Positions 47,177 through 56,746 of a stretch of DNA of 64,000 bases are shown one piece after another (the stretch's first letter is position 1; each line of letters begins with the position of its first letter). The translations under genes were made by a program, and so were the position numbers. Source of the DNA: an uncultured Steroidobacteraceae bacterium (lineage in GTDB: Bacteria > Pseudomonadota > Gammaproteobacteria > Steroidobacterales > Steroidobacteraceae). The notes beneath the pieces are model-generated. The model saw nothing but the letters and a program-made list of their open reading frames with translations. It was not told the DNA's origin and did not search any database. Location of the stretch: NCBI GenBank assembly GCA_964417875.1, contig CAYQJU010000001.1, positions 39,675-103,674 on the forward strand, written 5' to 3'.

Positions 47177-47189
47177 TGATCCGCTTCAC
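47176..47189. promoter_or_regulatory. GTGAT-CCGC-TTCAC repeat next to the fliG sigma-54 promoter
   Basis: It has one mismatch to GTGAY-N4-RTCAC. The centre lies 20 bp upstream of the promoter GG. Confidence 0.35.
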
Positions 47190-47200
47190 ATCCATCGCGC

Positions 47201-47216
47201 CGGCACGGTGTTTGCA
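47201..47216 (+). promoter_or_regulatory. Sigma-54 promoter of fliG-fliM-fliN2(-cheY)
   Basis: CGGCAC-GGTGT-TTGCA. TTGC is followed by 13 nt (attgaacacagcg, no SD) and then ATG 47229. Confidence 0.65.
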
Positions 47217-47228
47217 TTGAACACAGCG

Positions 47229-48215
47229 ATGGCAACTGAAATCCAATCCACCCGAAGTGCCGCCGTGCTTCTGCTCGCATTGGGCGAAGGCGAGGCGGCC
47301 ACCGTGCTCAAGCACCTGGACGCCAAGGTCGTGCAGCGCCTCGGCACCGCCATGGCGCAGCTGAAGTCTGCCTCGCGCGAGGAAGTCAGCGAGGTGGTGG
47401 GCGGTTTTGTCGAGACGATGGAATCGCAGGCCGACATCAAGGTCGGCTCCGATGATTACATCCGCAAGGTGCTGACGCAGGCACTGGGCGATGAGCGCGC
47501 CAGCGGCATCATCGACCGCATCCAGATGGGCCGGCGCTCCAAGGGACTGGACGTGCTGAAGTGGATGGAGCCGCGCGCCATCGCCGAGGTGATCCGCCTC
47601 GAGCATCCGCAGATCCTTGCCATCGTGATCTCCTACCTTGATCCGGACCTTGCCGCCAAGGTGCTCAACGAGCTGCCCAAGGACGTGCAGGCCGAGGTCA
47701 TCATGCGCATCGCGCAGCTCGATGGCGTGCAGCCCTCCGCGCTCGGCAAGCTCGACGAGATGATCGAGAAGCAGATCGCCGGCAAGGGCAGCAGCGTGTC
47801 GGCCAACCTCGGCGGCCCGAAGACCGCCGCCAGCATCCTGAACTTCATGCCGGCCGCAACGCTCGACGAGCTGCGCCAGGCCGACGAGGCGCTGACCATG
47901 CGCCTGCAGGACCTGATGTTCACCTTCGAGGACATGATCAACATCGACGACAAGGGCATCCAGGCGATCCTTCGCGAGATCGATTCGGCGCGCCTGGTGG
48001 TGGCACTGAAGGGTGCGGACGCCTCGCTGGTGGACCGCTTCCTGAAGAACATGTCCAGCCGCGCCGCCGAGATGCTGAAGGACGACATGGAGGCGCGCGG
48101 ACCGGTGCGCCTCTCCGAAGTGGAAGAAGCGCAGCGCGAGATCCTCGCCACCACGCGCCGCCTGGCCGAAGCCGGCTCCGTGGTCATCAACGCCGGCAGT
48201 GAGCAGTACGTATGA
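47229..48215 (+). CDS. fliG: Flagellar rotor/switch protein FliG
   Basis: AAVLLLALGEGEAATVLKHL, EHPQILAIVISYL, MFTFEDM and the C-terminal torque-helix region (MSSRAAEMLKDDME...EEAQREI) are all present. ATG 47229 is preferred because GTG 47208 lies inside a sigma-54 promoter consensus. Confidence 0.93.
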   Translation: MATEIQSTRSAAVLLLALGEGEAATVLKHLDAKVVQRLGTAMAQLKSASREEVSEVVGGFVETMESQADIKVGSDDYIRKVLTQALGDERASGIIDRIQMGRRSKGLDVLKWMEPRAIAEVIRLEHPQILAIVISYLDPDLAAKVLNELPKDVQAEVIMRIAQLDGVQPSALGKLDEMIEKQIAGKGSSVSANLGGPKTAASILNFMPAATLDELRQADEALTMRLQDLMFTFEDMINIDDKGIQAILREIDSARLVVALKGADASLVDRFLKNMSSRAAEMLKDDMEARGPVRLSEVEEAQREILATTRRLAEAGSVVINAGSEQYV

Positions 48216-49222
48216 GCGGGGAAATCCTCGACCAGGAAGAGATCGACGCCCTCGTCAACGGCGTGCAGAGCGGTGCGGTCGACGTCGACCCGAAGCCGGC
48301 CGACGACGTGCGCACGGCGCGCGACTACGATTTCAGCACCCAGACCCGCATCGTGCGCGGGCGCATGCCCACGCTCGAGATGATCAACGAGCGAATGGCC
48401 CGCGCGCTGCGCATGTCGCTGTTCAACATGTTGCGCCGCTCGCCGGAGATCTCGGTGCAGGGCATCTCCACGCCGAAGTACGCCGAATACGTGGCGACGC
48501 TGGCCGTGCCCACCAGCCTGAACCTGATCCGCTTCCAGCCGCTGTCGGGCACCGCTCTGATGATCTTCGAGGCCAAGCTGGTGTTCGCGCTGATCGATGT
48601 GTTCTTCGGCGGCACCGGCCGCCACGCGAAGATCGAGGGCCGTGACTTCACGCCCACCGAGAACGACATCATCCACCTGCTGATGGAGCAGGCGTTCGCG
48701 GCGGTGGAGGAGGCCTGGGCGGCCATCCTGCCGGCGCGAATCGAGTACATCAACCGCGAGGTCAATCCGAACTTCGCCCACATCGTCAGCCCCACCGAGA
48801 TCGTGGTGGTCAGCCGGCTGCGCGTGGAATTCGAGGGCCGCGGTGGGGAGATCCACCTGACGCTGCCCTATTCGATGCTCGAGCCGCTGAAGGACACATT
48901 ACGCGCCGGCATGCAGACCGATCGCGCCGACCGCGAGGAGCGCTGGTCGCAGCTGCTGCGCAACGAGCTGGAGGAATCGGAGGTCGACCTGGTCACGCTG
49001 CTGGGCACTGCCCAGACCACCGTGGCACGGCTGATCGACATGCGCCCCGGCGATGTGATCCCGTTCGAATTCGATGGCCAGGCCACCGTGCTGGCCGACG
49101 GCATCCCGCTGTTCTGGGGTGAACTGGGCCAGCAGCGCGGATGCCAGGTCGTGCGCGTGCAGCAGATGAACGCCCGCAAGACGGGCAATTCCCTGGATGC
49201 CTTCGTGAGGAAGTCAGCATGA
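48212..49222 (+). CDS. fliM: Flagellar switch protein FliM
   Basis: 336 aa with the N-terminal CheY-P-binding LDQEEIDALV-type motif, a middle domain (GGTG motif FFGGTGRH) and a C-terminal SpoA-like domain. Confidence 0.94.
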   Translation: MSGEILDQEEIDALVNGVQSGAVDVDPKPADDVRTARDYDFSTQTRIVRGRMPTLEMINERMARALRMSLFNMLRRSPEISVQGISTPKYAEYVATLAVPTSLNLIRFQPLSGTALMIFEAKLVFALIDVFFGGTGRHAKIEGRDFTPTENDIIHLLMEQAFAAVEEAWAAILPARIEYINREVNPNFAHIVSPTEIVVVSRLRVEFEGRGGEIHLTLPYSMLEPLKDTLRAGMQTDRADREERWSQLLRNELEESEVDLVTLLGTAQTTVARLIDMRPGDVIPFEFDGQATVLADGIPLFWGELGQQRGCQVVRVQQMNARKTGNSLDAFVRKSA

Positions 49223-49491
49223 GCACCGCCCCACAGGTCGAGGCCGCAGCGGACGTGGTCCTGGATGTCAGCGTGAGCCTCGCCCTGGAAGTGGGGCGTG
49301 CGCGCATGGCCATCCGTGACTTCCTGCAACTTGCGCCCGGATCGATTGTCGAACTGGAACGCCCCGCCGGCGATGCGCTCGATGTCTATGTCAATGACCG
49401 GCTCGTCGCACACGGCGAGGTGGTGATGGTCAACGACCGCTATGGAGTGCGCTTCACCGAGGCCGTCGATGCGGCCGAAATGCACCGCTGA
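49219..49491 (+). CDS. SpoA-domain switch protein FliN (copy 2)
   Basis: ATG at 49219 overlaps the fliM stop. The 90-aa product reads LDVSVSLALEVGRARMAIRDFLQLAPGSIVELERPAGDALDVYVNDRLVAHGEVVMVNDRYGVRFTE and is roughly 55-60% identical by eye to copy 1. Confidence 0.88.
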   Translation: MSTAPQVEAAADVVLDVSVSLALEVGRARMAIRDFLQLAPGSIVELERPAGDALDVYVNDRLVAHGEVVMVNDRYGVRFTEAVDAAEMHR

Positions 49492-49524
49492 TCCGATTAA
49501 CCGGCTGGAGATCCCGCAAACGAC

Positions 49525-49911
49525 ATGAATGCTGCAGTGCGATTCCTGGTTGTCGACGACTTCTCGACCATGCGCCGCATGGTCCGGAGCGTGCTGCACG
49601 AGCTGGGCTACAACGACGTCGTCGAGGCCGACGACGGCAATGCGGCGCTGCCCATCCTGAAGCAGGGCAGCATCGATTTCCTGGTGACCGACATCAACAT
49701 GCCGGGGATGCAGGGCATCGAGCTGCTCAAGGCGGTGCGTGCGGATCCGAAGCTGTCGAAGCTGCCGGTGCTGCTGGTGACGGCGGAGGCCAAGCGCGAG
49801 CAGATCGTCGAGGCGGCGCGCGCCGGCGTGAACGGCTATGTGGTCAAGCCCTTCACGGCGCAGGTACTGAAGGAAAAGATCGAGAAGATCCTGGCCAGCG
49901 GCCACAATTGA
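49525..49911 (+). CDS. cheY: Chemotaxis response regulator CheY
   Basis: 128-aa single REC domain with the DD acidic pocket ([10 protein letters not shown]), a phospho-acceptor Asp in [11 protein letters not shown], and T and K residues (LLVTAEA, YVVKPF). Confidence 0.92.
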   Translation: MNAAVRFLVVDDFSTMRRMVRSVLHELGYNDVVEADDGNAALPILKQGSIDFLVTDINMPGMQGIELLKAVRADPKLSKLPVLLVTAEAKREQIVEAARAGVNGYVVKPFTAQVLKEKIEKILASGHN

Positions 49912-49951
49912 GGCCGTCGCCGGTACGCCGGGTGAACCACCCCGCGTGGCA

Positions 49952-50239
49952 TCAGCCGCCGTTGGCGGCCTTGAACTCCCGCACTTCCACATTGAAGCGG
50001 TTGGCCACCCGGTCCAGTTCGGTCTGTACCGACTGGATCCGCAGCGGGTTCAGTTCGCAGGAGAGATATTCCTCGACCAGTCGCTTGTACCGGTCGATCT
50101 CCTTCTTCTTCGCCAGCATCACTTCCTTCGATGCGGTCTTTCCGTCGGGGATTACGGTCGGCGCCGAAGGCGCAGTGCAGGCAAGAGCCGGACAGGCAAC
50201 GACCAGTCCAAGCACGGCAATGGCGGATCTCGATTTCAT
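49952..50239 (-). CDS. Small secreted protein or lipoprotein of unknown function
   Basis: ATG at 50239 has GGAGAG 9 nt upstream. The signal peptide MKSRSAIAVLGLVVAC carries a lipobox-like VVAC, and the mature part is about 75 aa, Lys/Glu-rich and helical. No family was recognised. Confidence 0.55.
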   Translation of the reverse strand: MKSRSAIAVLGLVVACPALACTAPSAPTVIPDGKTASKEVMLAKKKEIDRYKRLVEEYLSCELNPLRIQSVQTELDRVANRFNVEVREFKAANGG

Positions 50240-50293
50240 GGTCACAGGCTCTCCATCGGGCCGTCCTGCCCGCAGTGGGCGCGGTTGCGGCAT

Positions 50294-50320
50294 TTAACGG
50301 CCTTGCAGGGCATCGCTGAA
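50294..50320 (-). promoter_or_regulatory. Sigma-28-like promoter upstream of the small lipoprotein gene
   Basis: The minus strand reads TTCAG-N14-GCCGTTAA. The -10 octamer is identical to those of fliC and fliS, but the -35 is weak. It lies 55 nt upstream of ATG 50239. Confidence 0.35.
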
Positions 50321-50542
50321 CGACGCAATTCACGGTTACGACGCTGCGCACCATCACGGGGCGGGCATGCGGTGGTTTGTGACCAGTGTCCGGTTATGTC
50401 GCGCCTGACTGTGACGTGTCGCATCCAGCGCCGGGCCGCCAGGGCTTAACGTCGCGGTGCAGGAAACTGGCCAGACGGCCGGCCGCGGCATTCCGACGAA
50501 CTGCCCGGCCGGGACATTGCAGCCGAACCGGAACAACAGAAT

Positions 50543-53326
50543 ATGTCGCTCAATCCGTTCAAGAAGCTCAACCTTGCCACGCAGCTCTATGCACTGGTCG
50601 CCATCACGCTGGTGCTCGCCAGCGGCCTGATCGCACACGCGATGATGCAGGTGCGCGCCACGCAGGGAACGCTGAAGTTCACCATTGACAACCGCATGAC
50701 CTCGGGGCGCGACATCCGCAATGTCATCGACGCGCTGGAGCTGGCAGAGCAGAAGGTCACCGCCGTGGTCGAGCGCGAAGAGGCGCCCGGCAACGCCGCC
50801 GCTACCATCCAGGCCGAGATCACCGATGCGCAGAACGGCTGGGACAACTATTTCCTGGCGCGCATGATTCCCGAGGAGCAGGCGCTGGCTGATGCCACCA
50901 CGCCGCTGCTGGACGCCGCCTACCTGAAGATCTCCCGTCTGGTGGACCGCCTCGAGGCAGGCCAGGTCGATGGACTGGTGCGCTGGAGCCGTGCCGAACT
51001 GCATCCCTCCATCGCCGCCGCGCGCGCCAACCTGCTGCAGCTGTTCGACATCCAGATGACGGCCGCCAACATGGATCTGGCGTCCAACGAAGACGCCTAT
51101 GACGCCTCGCTGCGCGAGAGCATCCTGATGCTGACGCTGGGCGGCATGCTGACGCTGGCACTGGCGTTCATGATCATCCGCAGTGCGCTGGCGCGGCTCG
51201 GCGCGGACCCTGCCGCCGCCGCCGCGGTGGCGCGCCGCATCGCCTCAGGCGACCTGCAGTTCGAGATGGATCCGGGTCAGGGCAGCGGTCACAGCCTGAT
51301 GGGCGCGCTGCGCCAGATGAAGGCCAGCCTGCTGCACTCGAAGCTGGACTACGAGGGTCAGCTGAAGGGCATCGCGCGCCTGCAGGGCGTGATCGAAACC
51401 ACCCCCACCGGCGAGATCATCAGCGCCAACGACATCTACCTGAAGCTGCTTGGCTACAGCCTCGAAGAGGTCAAGGGACGGCACTACGCGATGTTCGTCG
51501 ACAAGGAGATCGCCGAGGCGGAGATCTTCCGCGAGTTCTGGAGCTCGATGCAGAAGGGCGAGGTGCGCCAGAACGACTACCGCAAGCGCTGCAAGGACGG
51601 CAGCCACGTCTGGGTCAATGCGATCTTCAATCCGGTCTGCGATGCCAGCGGCAAGCCGTTCAAGGTGGTGGGCTACCTCAGCGACATCACCCGCCAGCGC
51701 GAGACCGCGCTGCTGAACGCCGCCTTCCGCGGCGCGCTGGAGCAGCTCGACGCCAATGTGATGGTGGCCGACAACGACCGCCGCATCATCTTCGTGAACC
51801 CCGCCGCGCGCCGCCTGATGGGCAACCTGCAGGAATGCTTCCGCAAGGAGCTGCCCGGCTTCGATGCCACGCAGCTGATGGGCATGAGCCTGGACTCGCT
51901 GACGCGCAATCCGGCCGCGCTGGCGGCAGACCTGAACGAGCTCAGCGGCATCGCCACGCGCCAGGAAGTGATCGGCGGCCGCACGATGAAGACCATCGTC
52001 AGCCCGATGAAGGACGAGAACGGCCGGCGCCTTGGCACCGTGGTCGAGTGGTTCGACCGCACCCAGGAAGTGGCCGACCTGGCGCAGCAGGCGCAGGTGC
52101 GCGAGCTGGAGAAGGCCACCGAGGCCGAGCTGCAGAAGATCATCGGCGCCGTCACCGACGGCGACCTGTCGAACCGCGTCACGCTGGAGGGCAAGCGCGG
52201 CTTCTTCGAGGTGCTGTCGCGCCAGATCAACGAGCTGATCGACACCATCGCCGTGGCACTGAACGAGGTGCAGGGCATGGTCTCGGCCGCCAACGACGGC
52301 GACCTGACGCGCCGCGTGCGCACCGAGAACCGCGCCGGCCTGCTGGTGAAGCTGGGCAACGGCATCAACGAGCTGACCGAGAACATGGCAAGCCTGGTCT
52401 CGCAGGTGAAGCGCGCCGCCGAGGAAGTCAGTCGCGGTGCGGACGAGATCAGCCAGGGCAATGCCAACCTGTCGCAGCGCACCGAGGCGCAGGCCTCGTC
52501 GCTGGAAGAGACCGCCTCCTCGATGGAGGAGATGACCAGCACCGTCAAGCACAATGCCGACAACGCCACCCAGGCCAACCAGCTGGCGGTGGAGGCGCGC
52601 GAGCATGCCGCGCAGGGCGGCGCGGTGGTGGCGAAGGCCGTGCAGGCCATGACCGAGATCAACCAGTCGTCGAAGAAGATCGCCGACATCATCAGCGTGA
52701 TCGACGAGATCGCCTTCCAGACGAACCTGCTGGCGCTGAATGCAGCCGTCGAGGCCGCGCGTGCCGGCGAGCAGGGCCGCGGTTTCGCCGTGGTGGCCAG
52801 CGAGGTGCGCAACCTCGCCAGCCGTTCGGCAACGGCCGCCAAGGAGATCAAGGCGCTGATCCAGGACAGCGTGCGCAAGGTCGAGGAAGGCTCGACGCTG
52901 GTGACGCAGTCCGGCTCGACGCTGGACCAGATCGTCGGATCGGTGAAGCGCGTGTCCGACATCGTCGCCGAGATCGCCGCGGCCTCCGGCGAGCAGTCCG
53001 CCGGCATCGAGCAGGTGAATCGCGCCGTGATGCAGCTGGACGAGCTGACGCAGCAGAATGCCGCGCTGGTCGAGGAGGCCTCGGCGGCCAGCCTGTCGAT
53101 GGCCGAGCAGGCGCGGCAGCTGAATGGCTCGATGCAGCGCTATCGCGTCGAGGAGCGGCTGATGGCGCTGGCCGCTGCGGCGGCGAGACCCACTGCCGAG
53201 CAGGTGGCCGCAGCCACGGTGCGTGATCGCGAGCGCCGCAAGCCGGGTCGGCCCTGGACCGCAGCCCCGGCGCAGTCTGCGGCGCATGCCACAGGCACCG
53301 ACGACACGATCTGGAAGGAGTTCTAG
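50543..53326 (+). CDS. Methyl-accepting chemotaxis protein with a periplasmic 4-helix sensor, HAMP, two PAS domains, further HAMP repeats and a C-terminal xWxxF pentapeptide
   Basis: 927 aa. The highly conserved MCP hairpin reads [47 protein letters not shown]-like blocks are [29 protein letters not shown] and [26 protein letters not shown]. The C-terminus is IWKEF. Confidence 0.93.
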   Translation: MSLNPFKKLNLATQLYALVAITLVLASGLIAHAMMQVRATQGTLKFTIDNRMTSGRDIRNVIDALELAEQKVTAVVEREEAPGNAAATIQAEITDAQNGWDNYFLARMIPEEQALADATTPLLDAAYLKISRLVDRLEAGQVDGLVRWSRAELHPSIAAARANLLQLFDIQMTAANMDLASNEDAYDASLRESILMLTLGGMLTLALAFMIIRSALARLGADPAAAAAVARRIASGDLQFEMDPGQGSGHSLMGALRQMKASLLHSKLDYEGQLKGIARLQGVIETTPTGEIISANDIYLKLLGYSLEEVKGRHYAMFVDKEIAEAEIFREFWSSMQKGEVRQNDYRKRCKDGSHVWVNAIFNPVCDASGKPFKVVGYLSDITRQRETALLNAAFRGALEQLDANVMVADNDRRIIFVNPAARRLMGNLQECFRKELPGFDATQLMGMSLDSLTRNPAALAADLNELSGIATRQEVIGGRTMKTIVSPMKDENGRRLGTVVEWFDRTQEVADLAQQAQVRELEKATEAELQKIIGAVTDGDLSNRVTLEGKRGFFEVLSRQINELIDTIAVALNEVQGMVSAANDGDLTRRVRTENRAGLLVKLGNGINELTENMASLVSQVKRAAEEVSRGADEISQGNANLSQRTEAQASSLEETASSMEEMTSTVKHNADNATQANQLAVEAREHAAQGGAVVAKAVQAMTEINQSSKKIADIISVIDEIAFQTNLLALNAAVEAARAGEQGRGFAVVASEVRNLASRSATAAKEIKALIQDSVRKVEEGSTLVTQSGSTLDQIVGSVKRVSDIVAEIAAASGEQSAGIEQVNRAVMQLDELTQQNAALVEEASAASLSMAEQARQLNGSMQRYRVEERLMALAAAAARPTAEQVAAATVRDRERRKPGRPWTAAPAQSAAHATGTDDTIWKEF

Positions 53327-53396
53327 CCGCGCGCGGCAACGCGCCGCGCCGGCCCACCCTTGCACGCCCGTCTGCCCGGGCTAGACTCGCCGCATC

Positions 53397-54512
53397 ATGA
53401 CCCGCGAGCTCAAGCGCACGCCGCGCGCAGACGGCTACAGGATGCCCGGCGAATTCGAACGCCACGACGGCACCTGGATGCTGTGGCCGGAACGTCCCGA
53501 CAACTGGCGTGACGGCGCCCGCCCCGGCCAGCGTGCCTTCGCCGCTGTCGCGGCGGCCATCTCCCGCTTCGAGAAGGTTTCGGTCGGCGCCTCGCCCGCG
53601 CAGTGGGAATACGCCCGCGCCGCACTCGATCCCGCCGTGCGCGTGGTCGAGATCAGCAACAACGATGCCTGGATGCGCGACACCGGCCCCACCTTCGTGG
53701 TGAATGCCGCCGGCCGGCGCCGCGCGGTGGACTGGCAGTTCAATGCCTATGGCGGCTGCACCGCCGGACTGTATTTCCCGTGGGACCAGGACGACCTCGT
53801 GGCCCGCAAGGTGGCCGAGATCGAGGGCGCCGACCGCTATCGCGCGCCACTGGTGGCCGAGGGCGGCGCCATCCACACCGACGGGCAGGGCACCCTGCTG
53901 GTCACCGAGCAGACGCTGCTCGATCCGAACCGCAATCCCGGCCTGTCAAAGGCCGACATCGAAAAACGCCTGCTCGACTACACCGGCACCGAGACCGTGA
54001 TCTGGCTGGGACAGGGCGTGGTGAATGACGAGACCGTCGGCCACATCGACAACCTCGCGTGCTTTGCGCGCCCCGGCGAGGTGTGCCTGACGTGGACGGA
54101 CAATCCCCGCGATCCGCAATGGGAAGTGTCGAACGCTGCGCTGGAGCGGCTGCATGCGGCGCGCGATGCGCGCGGCCGGCGACTGAAGGTGCACAAGCTG
54201 CCCGCACCCGGACCGCTGAAGGTGACCGCCGCGGAAGCCGCCGGCGTGCTCGATCGTGGCGCGCACAAGCCCCGCGAGGCCGGCGACCGGCTTGCGGCCT
54301 CCTACGCGAACTTCTACCTGTGCAATGGCGGTTTGATCCTGCCGCTGCTCGACGCACGCACCGACGCGAAGGTGGCCGCACGGCTCAAGCGCATCTTTCC
54401 GGAACGCGAGATCGTCGGCGTGCCGGGAAGGGAGATCCTGCTGGGCGGTGGCAATGTCCACTGCATCACCCAGCAGGTGCCGGCGGTCAGAGCGCGTCGA
54501 TCGCCGCGTTGA
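53397..54512 (+). CDS. aguA: Agmatine deiminase
   Basis: 371 aa with an [12 protein letters not shown] N-terminus, WMRDTGP, and the catalytic C-terminal [13 protein letters not shown] typical of the agmatine deiminase / porphyromonas-type peptidyl-arginine deiminase family. Confidence 0.88.
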   Translation: MTRELKRTPRADGYRMPGEFERHDGTWMLWPERPDNWRDGARPGQRAFAAVAAAISRFEKVSVGASPAQWEYARAALDPAVRVVEISNNDAWMRDTGPTFVVNAAGRRRAVDWQFNAYGGCTAGLYFPWDQDDLVARKVAEIEGADRYRAPLVAEGGAIHTDGQGTLLVTEQTLLDPNRNPGLSKADIEKRLLDYTGTETVIWLGQGVVNDETVGHIDNLACFARPGEVCLTWTDNPRDPQWEVSNAALERLHAARDARGRRLKVHKLPAPGPLKVTAAEAAGVLDRGAHKPREAGDRLAASYANFYLCNGGLILPLLDARTDAKVAARLKRIFPEREIVGVPGREILLGGGNVHCITQQVPAVRARRSPR

Positions 54513-56706
54513 ACAGCGCGCTGGGGCGCATCAGCGCGGCGCACTTTGCCGGATCGGGGTGGTAATAGCCGCCGATGTCCGCCGCGCGGCCCTGCACCTC
54601 GGCCAGCTGCTTGACGATGGCGGCCTCGTTCTTCGTCAGCGTGTCGGCCAGCGGCCTGAAAGCCGCCGCGAGCTCCGGATCATCTGCCTGCCGCGCCAGC
54701 GCCTGGGCCCAGTACAGCGCCAGGTAGAAGTGGCTGCCGCGCGTATCCAGCTGCCCGGCCTTGCGCTGCGGTGAGCGGTCGTTCTCGAGCACCAGGCCAT
54801 TGGCTTCATCCAGCGCCGCAGCCAGCACCTTCGCGCGCGCATTGCCGGTCTTGGTGCCCAGGTCCTCGATCGACACCTGCAGCGCCAGGAACTCGCCTAG
54901 CGAATCCCATCGGAGGTGGTTCTCCTCGAGGAACTGCTGCACATGCTTCGGCGCCGAACCGCCCGCGCCGGTCTCGTAAAGTCCGCCGCCTTCGAGCAGC
55001 GGCACGATGGACAGCATCTTCGCGCTGGTGCCGAGCTCCAGGATCGGGAACAGGTCGGTGAGATAGTCGCGCAGCACATTGCCGGTGACCGAGATCGTGT
55101 CTTCGCCGGCACGCACGCGCTTCAGCGTGGAATGCGTCGCCTGCGTCGGCGCTTCGATGCGCAGGTCGAGGCCGGCGGTGTCGTGGTCGGCAAGGCAGGT
55201 CTTCACGCGCGCGATCAGCGCCCGGTCATAGGCGCGCGCCTCATCCAGCCAGAAGATCGCCGGCTGTCCGGTGACGCGTGCACGCCCCACGGCCAGCTTC
55301 ACCCAGTCGCGGATGGCCACATCCCTGGTCTGGAACATGCGCCAGATGTCGCCGGCCTCGACGCGGTGCTCGGTCAGCACGCGGCCATTGGCACCGACCA
55401 CGCGCACGCTGCCGGGCGCTGTGATCTCGAAGGTCTTGTCATGCGAGCCGTATTCCTCGGCCGCCTGCGCCATCAGGCCGATGTTGCTGACATTGCCCAT
55501 CGTGGGCACGTCATAGGCGCCCCGCTCGCGGCAGTCATCGATCACCGCCTGGTAGATGCCGGCATAGCTGCGGTCCGGGATGATGGCCACCATGTCGTGC
55601 AGCTTGCCATCCGGTCCCCACATCTTGCCGCCGGCGCGGATCGCCGCCGGCATCGACGCGTCGATGATCACGTCGCTGGGCACATGCAGGTTGGTGATGC
55701 CCTTGTCCGAATCGACCATGGCCAGCGGTGCGCGGGCCTGCATCGCGGCGCTGATGTCGCTGGTGAGCGTGTTGCGCTGCGCCTCGGGCAGCGTGGCGAC
55801 GCGGGCCAGCAGCGACTCCAGGCCATTGTTCGGGCTCACGCCCAGCGCGGCCAGCGTGTCGCCATGCTTGCGGAAGACATCCTGCAGGTAGACGCTGACG
55901 CCATGCCCGAACAGGATCGGGTCGGACACCTTCATCATCGTGGCCTTCAGGTGCAGCGAGATCAGCAGGCCATCGCGCGCGGCGGCCTGCATCTCGCGCG
56001 CATAGAAGTCGCGCAGTTTCGCAGCACTGAGGAAGGTGGTGGCGATCAGCTCGCCCTCGCGCACGTTCACCTCCGGCTTCAGCACGGTGACCTTGCCGGC
56101 CGCATCCACATGTTCGATGCGCAGCGTTCCGGCGGCCTCGAGGCGGGCGGCCTGCTCGTTGCCGTAGAAGTCGCCGCCGTCCATGCTGGCCACGCGGGTT
56201 CTTGAAGCATTCGACCAGGCGCCCATCGAATGCGGATGGGTCTTCGCATACTGCTTGACCGCCTTGGCCACGCGCCGGTCCGAGTTGCCCTCGCGCAGCA
56301 CCGGGTTCACCGCGCTGCCTGACACCTTCGCGAAGCGCGTGCGGATCTTCTGCTGCGCTTCATCGGCCGGCTTCTCCGGATAGTCGGGCAGCGCATAGCC
56401 CTGCGACTGCAGCTCGGCGATGGCCTCCTGCAGCTGCGGCACCGAGGCGCTGATGTTCGGCAGCTTGATGATGTTGGCCTCGGGCGTTTTCGCCAGTTCG
56501 CCCAGTTCGGCCAGGTCGTCGCTGACGCGCTGTTCCGGCGGCAGCTGGTCGGAGAAGGCCGCCAGCACGCGGCCCGCCAGCGAGATGTCGCGCGTTTCCA
56601 CCGTGATGCCGGCGGTGCGCGTGTAGGCCTGGACGATGGGCAGCAGCGACCAGGTGGCCAGTGCGGGTGCCTCGTCCGTGAGGGTATAGATGATCTTCTG
56701 CTTCAT
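54487..56706 (-). CDS. icd: Monomeric NADP-dependent isocitrate dehydrogenase
   Basis: ATG at 56706 gives [25 protein letters not shown]. The roughly 739-aa size and sequence are characteristic of monomeric IDH. The listed ORF start at 56748 adds 14 unsupported residues. Confidence 0.93.
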   Translation of the reverse strand: MKQKIIYTLTDEAPALATWSLLPIVQAYTRTAGITVETRDISLAGRVLAAFSDQLPPEQRVSDDLAELGELAKTPEANIIKLPNISASVPQLQEAIAELQSQGYALPDYPEKPADEAQQKIRTRFAKVSGSAVNPVLREGNSDRRVAKAVKQYAKTHPHSMGAWSNASRTRVASMDGGDFYGNEQAARLEAAGTLRIEHVDAAGKVTVLKPEVNVREGELIATTFLSAAKLRDFYAREMQAAARDGLLISLHLKATMMKVSDPILFGHGVSVYLQDVFRKHGDTLAALGVSPNNGLESLLARVATLPEAQRNTLTSDISAAMQARAPLAMVDSDKGITNLHVPSDVIIDASMPAAIRAGGKMWGPDGKLHDMVAIIPDRSYAGIYQAVIDDCRERGAYDVPTMGNVSNIGLMAQAAEEYGSHDKTFEITAPGSVRVVGANGRVLTEHRVEAGDIWRMFQTRDVAIRDWVKLAVGRARVTGQPAIFWLDEARAYDRALIARVKTCLADHDTAGLDLRIEAPTQATHSTLKRVRAGEDTISVTGNVLRDYLTDLFPILELGTSAKMLSIVPLLEGGGLYETGAGGSAPKHVQQFLEENHLRWDSLGEFLALQVSIEDLGTKTGNARAKVLAAALDEANGLVLENDRSPQRKAGQLDTRGSHFYLALYWAQALARQADDPELAAAFRPLADTLTKNEAAIVKQLAEVQGRAADIGGYYHPDPAKCAALMRPSALFNAAIDAL

Positions 56707-56746
56707 GCGGGGAAGCTTACCGTAATGGATTATCCTTGACGCTCCC

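Noticed and set aside
50321-50542. A search for a sigma-28 or sigma-54 promoter in front of the MCP gene.
   Set aside because: Only poor partial matches were found (for example GGGCTTAA and TCCGACGA, neither with a suitable -35). No promoter is called.
53397-54512. A functional link between aguA here and potFGHI at the left end, considered as one polyamine locus.
   Set aside because: The genes are about 50 kb apart, on opposite sides of the flagellar cluster, so co-regulation cannot be inferred from position.
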